From the NCBI GenBank assembly GCA_043228905.1, contig JBHGNT010000009.1, positions 4,960,001-5,024,000 on the forward strand: DNA of 64,000 bases. Reading direction: 5' to 3'. Positions 50,689 through 64,000 of the stretch are shown in pieces. The translations under genes were made by a program, and so were the position numbers. The notes beneath the pieces are model-generated. The model saw only the letters and a program-made list of their open reading frames with translations. It had not been told where the DNA came from and did no database searches. Every line of letters begins with the position of its first letter. Position 1 is the stretch's first letter. The DNA is from Azolla caroliniana. Lineage: Eukaryota; Plantae; Polypodiophyta.

Positions 50689-53190
50689 CAGTGTTAGGCA
50701 AAGTCCCAGGAACAGTGTTAGCGTTCTAGTTGAATTGGAACTTTTACTGGTCAAGGTGGGGGACAGCCGGAATGTAGCCGGTTCATATTTTTTGAACCGG
50801 CTATTTATGTAGTTTTGGGAAAAAACAAAAGATTGAACTCTTTCTCCCTCTTTTCCCTCTTCTGTAATGCTCAGTGCTCACCTATTGCCTGTGTTTCAAG
50901 TCTCGACATTTCCCTCTTCAACTCATTCCTCCATGCTCATAGATTCCCTATTCCCTTGCTTGTTGCTTGTTGCTTGCTGCTCCCAAGTCGCTAGTCACTG
51001 CTCCTTTGTCACTTCTCACTAATTGCGCGACATATGTTCATCACTCTAAGGTATGTATTTTGCCTATTTTTCTTACAAGTTCTTCAATGTATTTTGGGCT
51101 ACAGCTTTAGTAAAGGTTGTGTGTTCAAAATTTGAAATTTTCCAAGTAAAATTTGTGCTACACCAAAGGTTTTAAGATTTGGAAATTCCATTATGTGTAG
51201 ATTAGGGGTTCTATTTTGTTAATATAACCTAGATTTGGGGTTCCTAATGTTGTAAGCATAGTACGTAATATTTGTGTTCATTAGCCCAAACATTCGTTTT
51301 GCAAACGAATGCGTATGTTATTAAAACATTCTTGTGTGTTTTTTTTGCACTTTTTACCTTAACTTTAAAAAAATTGCCTTATAATATATAAATAATGCAA
51401 AAGTATGGTATTTACCATACTTCCAGGGCGTTTTCATACTCGAATGATAAGAATGTTTGCGAATGAGAATGCACGAATGGTCCGTATGCTTCATACTATG
51501 GTTGTAACTTGTAAGTACTTCCAAAAGAATATATTAATAAATAATATTTGTATTAGGGAGGGTAGTATGTGCAGAAATTTTGGAGAGGAAGTAATGCATT
51601 GATTGTGGAAGTGAAAAGGAATATGCATAGATATTGAAAATGTAAAAATGTAATGACATGATGCCATTGGATCGTACAAATCTAAAGATACAAACATGGA
51701 GCCTCTTGAGTGGGATCACCTTTGTGATATTACATACCTTAATCTCAAGTATGGTAAAGCAGAATGTAGATCACTCTAAGGAATGTATAAATGAATGTTT
51801 TATGTATGTGTGTGAATGACTAATTGTATGGATGAATATGTGTGTATGAATGACTATACATTGAATGAATGTAATTTTGTATGCATATGATCTCACTCAA
51901 TGCCTCTATGTGAATGTGTATAAATATACAATTTAATGAATATGTGTGCATGAATTGATGGTGGTATGAATGAATGATTTTTTTAGGTTTAGTATGAATA
52001 TACACTCCACGGGTTTTGAATACTCCATGCTCATTTTCCCTTTATCCTTGACTCATCATGGTCTCTTGATTGCCCAAAAAATCTCTGTTTTTCTTTCTCG
52101 GTTTATGATTTCTCTCAGTTTCAAGAGTATGTTTTGCAAGGGAGCACATGTTAATGATACTCCAAATAATGAGCAAGAGGTTCCAACAAAAAACAAAGTA
52201 CACTAACCTTCTATCAAGACTATGTTTTGCAAGGGAGCACATGTTAATGATACTCCAAATAATGATCAAGATGTTGTTACAAATGCAAATGGGTCAATAT
52301 CTTATTCTAATAAACAAAAACGGAAGTGGAGAAACCAATGGACTTTGTTTCACCCATGGGCATATGTGACAAAGTTCTTATTAGGTGATGATAAAATCAA
52401 ATGCATGTGGTGTGAAGATGCAAGAAAGAATAATGTTTTTACAGATGGTGGATCTCAAAGCATGCAAATGTCTTCATTGAATGAACATGCAAAGGCATCC
52501 GATCATGTGATAGCAAGTGCCATATATCATGCAAAAATACAAAAGGAAAATGCAAATGTGAAAGGCCCAATGGATGAAAAAATTCCAAAAATCATGAATT
52601 TAGAATATGAGAGGATACTTTTATGCATGAAGTTGGTTCATTTTTATGCTTGCAATGATATTCCATTAGAGAAATATGTAAAACAATGTAAGTTACAAAG
52701 AGAACTTGGTGCTCCAAACGCCCTTGCCTCAAATGAATATGGTGCTTATGCTAATGCTAAATTTGCAAGAGAATTCTAAATGGCCATTAAGAACCACACA
52801 AGGAAACTCTCGTATGATGAAATTCTTGGAAGTCCATTTTTCGCAATGTTGATTGATGAAAGCATTGATTGTACATTGGAAAAACACCTCCTTATCTATG
52901 TCTTGTACTTAAGTGAAGGTGGCAAATGGGAGCCACATTGTAAATTTGTACAACTTCTTCCAGTGGAAAATTTGAAAAGCTAAAGGTATCGACAATTCTA
53001 TCAATGAATTCATTTTGGCGAGCAATTTAGATTTAAAAATACTTGTGGCTTTTGCAAGTGATGGGGCATCATCTATGATAGGGAAGAACAATGGTGCTAT
53101 TTCTAAGTTTCAATCCATGATGCTTAATATATTTGGGAGTCCATTGCATTGCACATCGTGAACCACTTGCCATAAAAGATGCATATAGAG
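50689..53190 (+). mobile_element. hAT-superfamily (ZNF862-like) DNA transposon, 3'-truncated, transposase pseudogene
   Basis: Begins CAGTGTT after a (TA)n tract. Fragments 52222-53190: zinc finger CMWC..H..H, FAMLIDESID, LVAFASDGASSMIGKNNG, HCIAHRE.LA; stops and frameshifts. Confidence 0.8.
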
Positions 53191-54270
53191 GTCAAGGAAT
53201 TTCAAGGCTTTACATATAAAATTACATTTGAAGTTTTAAGAAAACAGGAATAACATTTCAAAACATCTACTTGTTGAGTAAGTAATCAACAATAATATAA
53301 GTTTCTTTTGTGCTTTATGAGGTTAACCCTTTTAAAATGTGGCCTGTAAGGAACTAATTGATGGTAGTGGGAATTCCTTGACCTCTATATGGGGTTCCCA
53401 TACACATTTTGCATGGATCCACACAAGCAGTGTGGACGATGGACTATTAACCAAGGCTAGTTGCCAACATGAGTCAAACCTTATTACAAATCTTGTGTGG
53501 CATCTTTCCAATGAACAATTTGCTCAAATGTCGATTATTGGTCCACATCAAGTTCTGTGAAGCCAAGTTGTCAGTATGAACCACATACCATTATTACAAA
53601 TGTTGTTGGTATGGCAACCGTCCAAATTGCAACTTGGTAAAAAATCTCTCATTTGGTCGACATGCATAGATTCATGTTATGAATGTAGGTGAGGTTGTCA
53701 ATATGAAACGTACCATACATGGCTTACTCACCAGTTAGCAACCTGGCTACTTGGACTGCACCAACGCACGACTGGATGCACATGTTACGAATGGCAGACG
53801 ATATGTGCACACAATACCTCTTGTAATGGGGCAACTCACTTGTGTGGGATGATGCCCATGCAACGGGGGTGGGTGGCCGAGATAGTCATCGCAAAGTGGG
53901 CATGCACGTGGGTGTATTGATGCGCATGTGGACAGAGCTAGGTGATGTGGGGCACGCAATCATCGAGTTGTTGGTCAACAAAGGTTCCATGGATAAAGCT
54001 GGGGCAAATGCTATATCATCTGTTTGTTTGTTTGTCTGTTTATCTGTCTCGCACTGACACGAGCGTCTCAAATAGCGTTACATTCTTTAAGGATGGGGGA
54101 CCCATGGAAGAGTGCAAACATATAAAGGGAAGCTTGATGGTAGGCCGACGTTCTTGTAACAACAGTTTATAACGAACGAAACAATATTTTCGAGGGGAAA
54201 AAGAAGACGAAGAAGAAGTGTCTTGATAGCGTGTGTTCGGTGTGGTCAGTGGCAGGAGGGGATATTACAC

Positions 54271-54303
<33 letters not shown>

Positions 54304-54381
54304 TGTGTAGTAATGATGATTGAGAGGGCTAGGTTGTCTTTTAGCTGGACAAGGTGTCATGTGATGATGATGGGCCCATGC

Positions 54382-54437
54382 ATGGCTATGGCTATGGCTA
54401 TGGCTATGGCTATGGCTATGGCTATGGCCATGGCTAT
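54382..54437. repeat. (ATGGCT)n microsatellite upstream of HMGR
   Basis: About 9 units; (TATG)n at ~54275-54305 and (ATCC)n at ~54613-54637 lie nearby. Confidence 0.95.
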
Positions 54438-54660
54438 ATGTGGTTTCCAACTTACATGTATTTATTTATACACAGAAATAGTTGTTCTTCTGGCCAGAGA
54501 GAAGGAAAAGCAGGGGCTCATATTTAACCCCTCCCCTTCCTTTCTTCTTCCTCTTGTCTCTCTCTGTCTCTCTGTTTTCTAATTCTGTGCTTCCCCAGAA
54601 GCAGAGACCCTAATCCATCCATCCATCCATCCATCCATAAGGTTTCTTTCCTTCACACAG

Positions 54661-56391
54661 GTATGTTTTTCCTCCTCTGTCTTTGCCCTCTCTCGCACAA
54701 TCATACACTCTCTCTCTGTATTTAAAATTCTCTTCTTTCCCGGACGCCTTTGAATCCGTCCAATCCTTCCCTCCCTTCCTTTTGGGTCGTTTTGAAAACA
54801 ATGCAGATAACCCTTGATCTCTGTTCAGATGTAAAGGCTTCTTCTCCCTCATCGATTCCCTTTCGAAGGAGGCGGGATCTAGGGTTTTCTGCATTTTTGG
54901 GTTTTTTTTTTCTGCTTTCAAATGCATTGCTTCCAAATGCATATTCGTACAGTTCCAATCATAAGGCTAGGGTTATGTTCAGGGTTTCTCCGTTTCATAA
55001 CTTTAGCGTTATGTTTAATGTTTTCAGATTATGCAATTAGCGTTGGAGCTTTTCAAGTTCATATACTTGGGCCTAGGTTATCAGACAAATGTAGTTAGCA
55101 TTAGGATTTTCAGGTTTATAAAAATAGGGTCAGAAATTTCAGGCTCGTTTTGGTAATTTTAAGGTTGCAAGTTTTTCACATTCATATAATTAGGGTTAGG
55201 GTTTCCATGTAGCGTTAGGAAATTGGATATTTATGTAGTTAACATTATATTTTTTCAGATTCATTCAGTTATGTCGCGGTTTAGTATTTTTACCTTGATC
55301 TTCAGTACTTTGATCTTAAGTATGTTAACCAGGTCAAAATTGTATATTGTGGTACATATAACCCTTCGACCTATTTTCAATTAAGGCTCCAAGCTTCCAA
55401 AATTAGCCCTTGATTGAAACCATTAAAGGAAATCCACAATCTTTCATATATTAACCCTTAAGATGTGTCAGATAACAGGGATCCAAGTCCTTGATATTAA
55501 TTACCATAATTGGGGGAAATTTGTGAATTTCTTAACATCAACCCCTATGATGTCACTGGAAGTAGGGTGTAATCTTAAATACCATTATCAGGTTAGAGTT
55601 GTGGATTTTCTTACCATAACCCCCACCAATTACAGGGAAGTAGGAATCCAAAACCTTAACCAATTACCTTTGGGTTTAATGGCTCTTAGGAACTCACCCT
55701 GGTAAATTTAATGAGTTAACTAACTTAATGAACATTATGAATTAAGACAATTTAATATAGAGGGTTGGAGTTTAACTAGCCGCCAGATCTACTTTAGTTA
55801 TGAACCTGAGACCTACTCTGGTATTCATTAAATCCTAATTACCTGTGTCCATAAAAACTATGCGATTTTTATTGTTTCGTCCATGTTTCATGAACGACGG
55901 GATTCAAGCATCACACTTTTCCGTGAATTCACTAAATAGGTTTTATATGTCATGTACACTAGATCTGCATGTTTGTCATATCCCAGCTTGGAGTTTTTTA
56001 TTCTAACATGTGATTCTTAATAATGTGCTGGATTAGAGTATCCAACATCATGTAGATCTGCACAACGTAAGTCCAACCTCCCATTCATAAAATCTATTTT
56101 TTAGATTCTTATTATCGGAAACATATTACTTTCTATTATGCTTTGGTTTTGACTGTATAGAAAAACGTTACGAAAGCACCGCATCTCTCTGGTTTATGAA
56201 AAATGACGTTCCAAAGTTTGCTTTAGTCTGATTATAGATCAAGATCTTAAGAAAGCCCCGCATGTTTTTCCTTTGTGAAACCTGTTGCCTTCTAAATTAT
56301 GCTTAGGTCTAACTCTTAAGAACAACCTGTAATATGATTTTGTGTTTGTGTGGTTTGGCAGCTTTTCTGTAGATCTGTTTATGATCTGCAG
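54661..56391 (+). other. Putative 5'-UTR intron of HMGR
   Basis: Donor CAG/GTATGT at 54661 after a CT-rich leader; acceptor TGCAG ending 56391, 11 nt before the ATG; T-rich body. No transcript evidence. Confidence 0.55.
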
Positions 56392-56402
56392 AGTTGTGTA
56401 GG

Positions 56403-58960
56403 ATGGCCTCCAAGCTCCAAAATCATGTACCTCTAGTGGAGAAGAATGGAAACAATAAAAAGAATGCAAAGCTACTAGCATCAGATGCTCTTCCACTTCC
56501 AGTATGGTTAACAAATAGAATCTTCATTGTACTTTTCTTTGTTGCATCATACTACCTCTTGGGAAGATGGGGGGAGAAGAAGATTCGATCCTCGACACCC
56601 CTACATATCCTTAGTTTCGGTGACATCGTTGCATTCGTTTCCGTTATTGCCTCATTCATATACTTGTTGGGATTCTTTGGGATTGATTATGTCCAACAAG
56701 CTCTCAAATCTACTGATGGACAATGGGATTTTACTGAAGGAACCGAAAGTGTGTCCCAAAATTGTGGGATAGTCTCTAATGCACCACCTCTCTCGAAGCC
56801 ATCTCCTTTGCAGCTTGAAGGTAAAGATTTACACGAGAATGGTGATGAAGACATTGCATATGCTGTGAGTTGTGGAAGCATAGCTTCTCATACATTGGAA
56901 TCGAATCTTGGAGATGCGAAAAGGGCTGCAGTCATTAGACAAAGGGCAGTTGAGATGATAACTGGAAGGTCTCTTGTGGGTCTTCCTTTAGAAGGGTTAG
57001 ATTATGCAAGTGTCTTAGGGCAATGTTGCGAAATGGTCATCGGTCATGTGCAAATTCCAGTGGGTGTTGCTGGGCCACTTTTCCTTGACGGGTATGAATA
57101 TATGGTACCGATGGCAACGACGGAAGGTTGCCTTGTAGCAAGTACCAATAGAGGGTGTAAGGCTATACATATGTCTGGTGGTGCTACCAGTGTTATTCTG
57201 AGAGATGGCATGACTAGAGCTCCTGCAGTACGATTCAGCTGTGCTAGGCGTGCTGCGGAGATGAAATTCTATATAGAAGATGCTGATAACTTCGAGACCA
57301 TATGCACGATTTTCAATAGGTATTTCTCTCTCAAAATAATTTTTTTGTTATTTGTTTGACTATCGGGAAGTGTATATTATGTGTAACTTTACATTAAAAA
57401 TGCATTAGAGGAGTCAAAACAAAGTAAATGATGGGTATAATTAACAAGTGTAGGCATGATTTGGATAGAATTAGATCCTCATTATTTTGTAGGAGTATGC
57501 CATAATAATTAATGTATTTTGGGGTTTTGGAACCGACAACATTTGTCAGGTCAAGTAGATTCGCGAGGTTACAATATATTCAGTGCGCTTTGGCTGGGCG
57601 CAATGTATACATGCGTTTTAGCTGCTCAACTGGAGATGCCATGGGGATGAATATGGTGTCAAAAGGTGTCCAGAATGTGCTCGAATATTTGCAAGATGTT
57701 TTTCCTGATATGGATGTGGTCAGCTTATCAGGTAGCCTTATCTTGTCGCCAATTATGTCTCTTTGCATTTTTTGTGTTATATTATCATGAGGATGCAATT
57801 ATGAAATATGCAACTCATATCATGTGAGCTTAAGAGAATATATATTCATAAACATGGTTCTTTTACATTTTCTAAATGCATAAGAGTGCCAAAAATAAAG
57901 GGGTTATTTATGCTCTGAACAGGAAAGCGGTATATGTTTAACTCATGGAAGATTTACAAATAAGGGGGTTTACACATGTGATATGAAGGGTTTACATATA
58001 GCGGTCCCGCATATGCATGTTACAAATCTTGGTGCTCAACATACCTGTATTGATCACGTGGGTTTTTGAAATAATTCAATGATTGTAGGCAACTTCTGTG
58101 CTGATAAGAAGTCCACTGGCGTGAATTGGATAAATGGACGGGGGAAGTCAGTGGTATGCGATGCCGTTATCAAGGGCGAGGTTGTCACCAAAGTGTTGAA
58201 GACATCAGTATCTGCTTTAGTGGAGCTTAACATTGTAAAAAATCTTTCTGGCTCGGCCATGGCTGGTGCCCTAGGGGGGTTTAATGCCCATGCATCCAAC
58301 ATTGTGAGTGCAATTTACCTCGCCACGGGACAAGATCCCGCGCAGAACGTTGAGAGCTCCAACTGCATAACCATGATGGAGGCGGCAAATGGTGGGCATG
58401 ATCTATATATTTCGGTATCAATGCCCTCGATTGAGGTAAGACATCTAGCCTTAATTTAAGTCCTAGCAATATTTGTAATACTGTTATGCTCATAAAACTC
58501 AATTAATTAGGCAGTTAGCGTTGGGCTGTTTTTTATAGCTCATTTATAAGGTGTCGTGTCTCATACCGGTTTAACTAAAGTGTCTTTGTTCACATGTGGC
58601 AGTTTTCCATTTACTATTAATCTTTAGCTCAGTATATTTAGATATATATACGATGCATCTAGTATAGATGAAATTAAATTGCATTATGATTTTCCTCAGG
58701 TGGGAACGGTGGGTGGAGGTACACAACTAGCATCTCAATCGGCTTGTTTGAATTTGCTCGGAGTGAAAGGGGCTAGTTTAACTGTGCCTGGTGCGAATGC
58801 GCAAAAGCTGGCATCAATTGTTGCAGGATCTGTTTTGGCTGGGGAGCTTTCTTTAATGTCTGCTCTTGCGGCTGGACATCTCGTCAAGAGCCATATGAAG
58901 TATAATAGATCAAGCAAGAACATAAATGAAGCTGATTCCGTTGGTAAATGTGTCACCTAA
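56403..58960 (+). CDS. HMGR: 3-hydroxy-3-methylglutaryl-CoA reductase (class I); exons 56403-57319, 57550-57731, 58089-58435, 58700-58960; 568 aa
   Basis: ASDALPLP and two TM helices; motifs [69 protein letters not shown] introns join in frame (917+182+347+261=1707 nt); the 182- and 347-nt internal exons match the usual plant HMGR layout. Confidence 0.97.
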
Positions 58961-60269
58961 AGTTCTCTCCGACTAATTGTTGATTTTCTCGCTTTCTATA
59001 TAGGCTGTCTTTCTTTGGATTGTTTGTCTATTGTAGCTCTACTTGCCTTTAGCTTGTATAATCAATCAATCACACATAATTCATGGTTTTGTTATTTTGT
59101 CGTGCAAACAAAGTTGGAACGCGGTATGCTACGCCACTTTTTTTAAAAACTAGTCCTCTCTTTCTGGGTCTTCCTATCATTGAATTTATTTGTATTTCCA
59201 TTTTCAGCTGGCTTTTCTTCTTATAGCCATACCTTGTGCATATATAATTTTCTTTCCTTCAATAAAAGAAAAAAAATATGATTTTTTTTTGGCACATGAC
59301 CCCACGTTTGTGTAATGAACAACCATGTTTTTGTAATGAAGAACACTATTATTCATACTTTGCTTGACTATGACATGATTTAGTGTGGTATGGAATTAGC
59401 TGTCCCAACGTCAAATTTAAAAAGTTATTTCCCAAGGTCAATCATAGGCCTGCCTAAATTACCACGTGCTTATGTGGCTACTCTTGACATTCTTTATCAC
59501 ATGGCCTTGAGGTCCGCTAAATGATTCAATCAATCTGTCCTACTAGCATCTGTCTACATTTATTTGATAATAACCATTGGCATCATGCCTCTTGCCCATG
59601 ATTGTTAGACATCAAGACCTCGTCAATAATGTTGGATTGTAGTACACGCTCTAATAGGGTGGTTTACTTTTGACAGCTTTTCATACAAGTGTAGATTTGA
59701 TTGTTTTATCTTTTAATATTGTGACTTAAATATTTGATGATCAGTATGTCATACTCGATATTTCCTTTAGATCACTTGTCCTAGATCTAAACTTCAATAA
59801 GATATGGGATTGGTTGCAATAAGTTTTAGTTTTAGGCATAAGGGTATTAAAGGATACCCCTATTGACAAGAGAAAATGATTCTAAAATATATATTCGAAT
59901 TTATAATGCTAATCACTCTTGTTGTGTGAGGACATTGACAAACTTTTGGTTTTGTTGTTCGAGGCATAATTGATAGTATTGAGCACGCATAATTAGAAGT
60001 ATGATGGGAATTTGGCTTCACACTTGAAGGTTTCATTTCACATGTCCCTTAAATTCTTTTAGGGTATGTTACCTTCTAACATTGTTCAGGATTCAACACT
60101 AACTAAATTCAAGATCTTGACTGGGGATAACAAGTAATTGCCAAAGAGTATAGGCAACCATTGATGCAAGGGAGCCCTCAAAGCCTTGAGTATCACTTTT
60201 CAAGATGATAGTTTTTGACAAACTAATAATGTATTGAAAAGTGTTATATGTAAAGAGTGAAGTAAGAAA

Positions 60270-61550
60270 ATATAGATTTTATTATCGTCCTTGGAAGTCT
60301 AATATGACTTATGAATCCAAAAGTGAGAACATTTTCATGTAGAATGTGTGAAATCTAGTGACTCTTGATGTTTAAGAATGTTATTTATGAATGTTGCAAT
60401 TGGTAGTGCACATTGTGATTGTGTGGGAAGTAAATTGGATTTACAATGTTTGGAAATAAAACTTGAATATGGTCATAGGCAAAAGCATTGTATCAAAGAG
60501 TCATACCTAGTGGCTTGTCTCGCATAGAAGAGAATGTGAGCTTAATCTATGGAAGCAATATTGTAGATGTTAGACAAAATGATAAACTCTAGGATTATCA
60601 ATGAGTGCAATTTCGCTGTTTAGAGAAGATTATTTTGTAGTTTGGTGGAACATATGTAATATAAGGGTGAAATTTGATCCTCCACATCTTTCGTACATCC
60701 AAATCATTGGTGATGCAAAATGGATGTATTCCCAAAGGAATCTATTGATTGATCACAGAATAATATTAAAAAAACATATATCACTAGATATGAGATTTAC
60801 ATTTCAAGGGCTCCATCGGCAATTTCACTTGAAAATGGCACACTCACAATACATGACATGTTTAGGTTAAATTGCTTGAAAATAATGCTTAACAAAACAT
60901 TTAATTTAAATGATTATTGATAACAATCACCATGGAAATAAAAATGTTGGTGCGTTAATGAAGAGCAATTATTTCTTGCATGTCTTAATGTTTCGAAGAA
61001 GCTTCAACCTTTTCATTTTCACGCAATTAGTTTATTGAGATGATTTGGATGGTGTAAGGTTTTGTTTCGAAACTACCAGACATATTAGAAGAGAAAGAAA
61101 CACTTTGTGTAACGTTAGATGATCGCTTTTTGAACAAAGGACATATTTTTCGATGTTATAAAAACATGAGATGTACATTTCTAGGTCTTCTTTGTACTAC
61201 CAATGCTTACGGTCTCATGTGGCATTTTTGCTTGAATATGGAATGTTAGCAAACATGATATGCTTAGGTTTCAATATGTTTCCCATATTGCGTGGTTTAC
61301 CTCTCGGATGCATCCCATTTTCCAAACCATTTCTTCATATCTTGCATCATTTTGTGGCCCAAAGTTTTGTTTTTTTGCATCTATTGAATATCTTCAATTA
61401 TTTCCCTTACATGGATTGGGTTTAGTCAAAGATGTACATAAATCTTATTAAAGGTAGAGAATGTATCAAAGGGTGATATTGAGACTTGTGAACTTGTTTA
61501 AGGCAAATTGTGCATATCAGTTAGTCTCATTATGTGTGCTCCAATGTCCC
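60270..61550 (-). mobile_element. Highly decayed LINE 3' fragments related to the 26457-30920 element
   Basis: 60272-60500 aligns by eye with 26475-26720 (attatcgtc..atatgac..atgaatgttgcaattg..gcattgtatcaaag); 61462-61545 resembles 26705-26790. Confidence 0.7.
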
Positions 61551-62849
61551 TCGTCAAGCATCAAGGCTAGGTAGTCATAGAACCTTGGGTATTGTTGATT
61601 GTACCTATTTCTCTTTCATCCATGATTGTAATCTTTGCGTGGGTTTCCTAGAGATCTATCTATAATTGCCGGAAGTGTCTTTAGTGAATGTGGACCTATG
61701 GAAGAGGTTGGAGGCATGGATCTTTCTCTCCTATTCTTTATGTGGGGTTATCATTGTATCTTGTTGGCGGTATCCACGTGCTCGATAACCCATTGTTGTA
61801 TGCATTTGAAGTGAATCTTCATGATTTCAACCTATAGCTTCATGTGTCTCAATGCAACCATCTTTGTGTTAGGCCAATCACTTCGTGCCAATGAGTTTTT
61901 GTATCATGGAAGCATTATTTAAGGTGAGGTTCATGATTATACTATATTCACCATAATCTTGGGAAGTTTGTAGGTTCTTGGAGGCTAGCATATCTACATT
62001 CTTCAACTTGCTCATTATCATGGACCCCATTGGACAAATCACTATTTAATGTTGTGTTCACTATTGCTAAGGGGGCTATTGTCATTATTCCCATGATTGA
62101 GATTTGTTTGGTGGTGAGATTTTCATTGTTGCCTCTACTTTAGATGTCAGGTGATCCTTGACCAAGGGAGACGCCCGGGAGATGGGGTTTGTCAGCCTTA
62201 GTCGAAACTAATGAGGTTGACATCTATTGGTGAACTACCTTTGTGGCTAGTACTACGGAAGGAACAATTTGATGCCATTATCCCATGTTGCGGTGTGGAG
62301 AGGCCATTATATAGCAATGATGAGTAGGTAGCACCCTCTTAACCCTAAAACTTATACTCGGGTAGTGGGGAAGAGGCAATGGTGATGGATATAAGTTTAT
62401 AGGGTAGGTTGACCACATGCCTAACACGATTTATCGTTGTTGTACTTGCAAGAGTCACTATCGAGTCTCAAGGGATCTCTTCCATAGTGGGCTAACCAAG
62501 GGATTGGGGGGTGTTACTACTTCAACACATGTAAATTACTCCATGTAAATGTGGAAGCCTCAAAGGCTTCTTTAAGTTAAACTAAAATTAACACACACCT
62601 AATCTTTGTACCAAATAAAAAATATGTTTATCTTAATTAGATAGATAATTAATAATTAAGAAACATATAAGATTTCTCTATTAAATAGATATTTACTAAG
62701 AAAAAAAAAAGTATATCTCAATTAATTAGTATGGGAAAGCTATATAGAGGAGAATGGTTGTTCATGACTGAAATTCTAGGTTAGAAATATTCTTACTTAT
62801 ACTAGGGTTATTGAAGCAAAATAATAGAGTTTTATTTATCTTAACAACC

Positions 62850-64000
62850 ACAAACAACCCTTTGACATGGCACCTCCATCTTGGGTTTGTTCAAGGCACC
62901 CAATGAAGAAGTAGGGTGCATTGTTCTCGAGGGTTCTTCCCCCATGAGCTAACTTTTTTGTTTGTGTTGGGGGAAACAACATTCCAAACTAGCAAGGTAG
63001 GTAAGTGGGGCAAAGCTTGCCTTCTAGCCCTAGAACAATGCAATTATAGGCATGGCATTGTTGTGGGGCATATAAGGCAACTTGTGGAGAAGCAACCTCA
63101 TGTTAAGTAGTAACTCCACAAGCTCTCCAAAGGGCAAGTCAAGGACATGTTGGGTCTTGTATGTTACAAAGGACATAGATTATGCTCCAATTAAATATAT
63201 CCCCATCATCTCTACATCCAACATCATTGGTTAGAAAGTGTTATCACAACATAGGCCCAACAACTTATCGTGGTACTATTTCCTATGCTAACTCCTTGAA
63301 CTAGTACAGTATTGGTGAACTTATCATGACATTTTTCTACCCTTTTGCACAAGTGAAGTTTGTAACTTTTCTCTCTTTGGGGTTTACTTAAGCGATTGGC
63401 TAGAAATATGACATGGTACAACTACTTGTGGTATCCATTGACTAGAAATATGACATGGTACAACTGCTTGTGGTATCCATTGACTAGAAATATGACATGG
63501 TACAACTGCTTGTGGTTGATGAGTTCATGGGGGAGTTATTGCAACACCATATGTTTTTGTATAGAAAATGAAATGTGGAAGTCATGTTTTTATAGAGCTC
63601 TTTCACTTCAACCCATTTCATACAACATTCCTTGGCAACTAGGATGTAGTGGTTGGTCTTGGTTTGGGTCACCACGAGCATAAATAGGCTAACAAAGTTG
63701 AGGTTCCATTTCTAAAAAGGATGATGATGCATATGGGCCTTGTTTGTTCGTTGGCCTAACTAATGGCATTTGTCTCATGCTTTCCATAATAATTGTGCAT
63801 TCTTTTGTATAACGTGGGGTCACCATAGGCCACTCTATCATATATTTTATGTCATACCTTCACCAATGTAATGGTCACTAGAGACCCCAAATGGGTTCCT
63901 TCTAGCATGCAATCCATTTCGTGATACATCGTGCACATCCTTATGATACTAAGACATCATCGGCCAAGTATTTGCACCCAAATGCCTTCATTAGCATAAT
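62850..64000 (-). mobile_element. Decayed non-chromovirus Ty3/gypsy integrase
   Basis: YILVAKECCMKWVEV..FLYKNI..P resembles YILVAxxYxTKWVEA..FLYENI; contains a 42-bp x3 tandem repeat at ~63396-63515. Confidence 0.65.

Noticed and set aside
54223-54582. ORFs with (MA)n, (HS)n, (CV)n or (TH)n runs, here and at 20566 and 31032
   Set aside because: Translations of microsatellites.
54960-55210. Telomere-like TAGGGTT motifs
   Set aside because: Scattered single copies typical of plant 5' introns (telo-box-like), not an array.
62500-62846. PPT-like G run followed by TGTTA..TAACA (possible 3' LTR)
   Set aside because: No second copy or TSD in the window; too weak to call.

Overview
Eukaryotic land-plant nuclear DNA. 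The TE repertoire suggests a seed-free vascular plant such as a fern or lycophyte (inference). About 1-53 kb and 60-64 kb are deeply nested, mostly decayed transposons: Ty1/copia, Ty3/gypsy including two Tcn1-like chromoviruses, L1 and RTE-X-like LINEs, a Penelope-like element (PLE), and hAT and Sola2-like DNA transposons. Many boundaries are fixed by target-site duplications (TSDs). The only intact host gene is a 4-exon HMG-CoA reductase (CDS 56403-58960, +, 568 aa). Main findings: (1) a PLE with three type-I hammerhead-ribozyme motifs, two of them in ~300-nt tandem units; (2) an L1 carrying a MAP-kinase fragment inside a 17-bp TSD; (3) a copia LTR that is itself a ~110-bp-arm fold-back; (4) two chromovirus LTR families sharing a heat-shock-element array plus an antisense tRNA-like module; (5) a chimeric copia with two gag-PR-INT halves. 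Coordinates were read by eye, and those not anchored by TSDs or splice sites are approximate.
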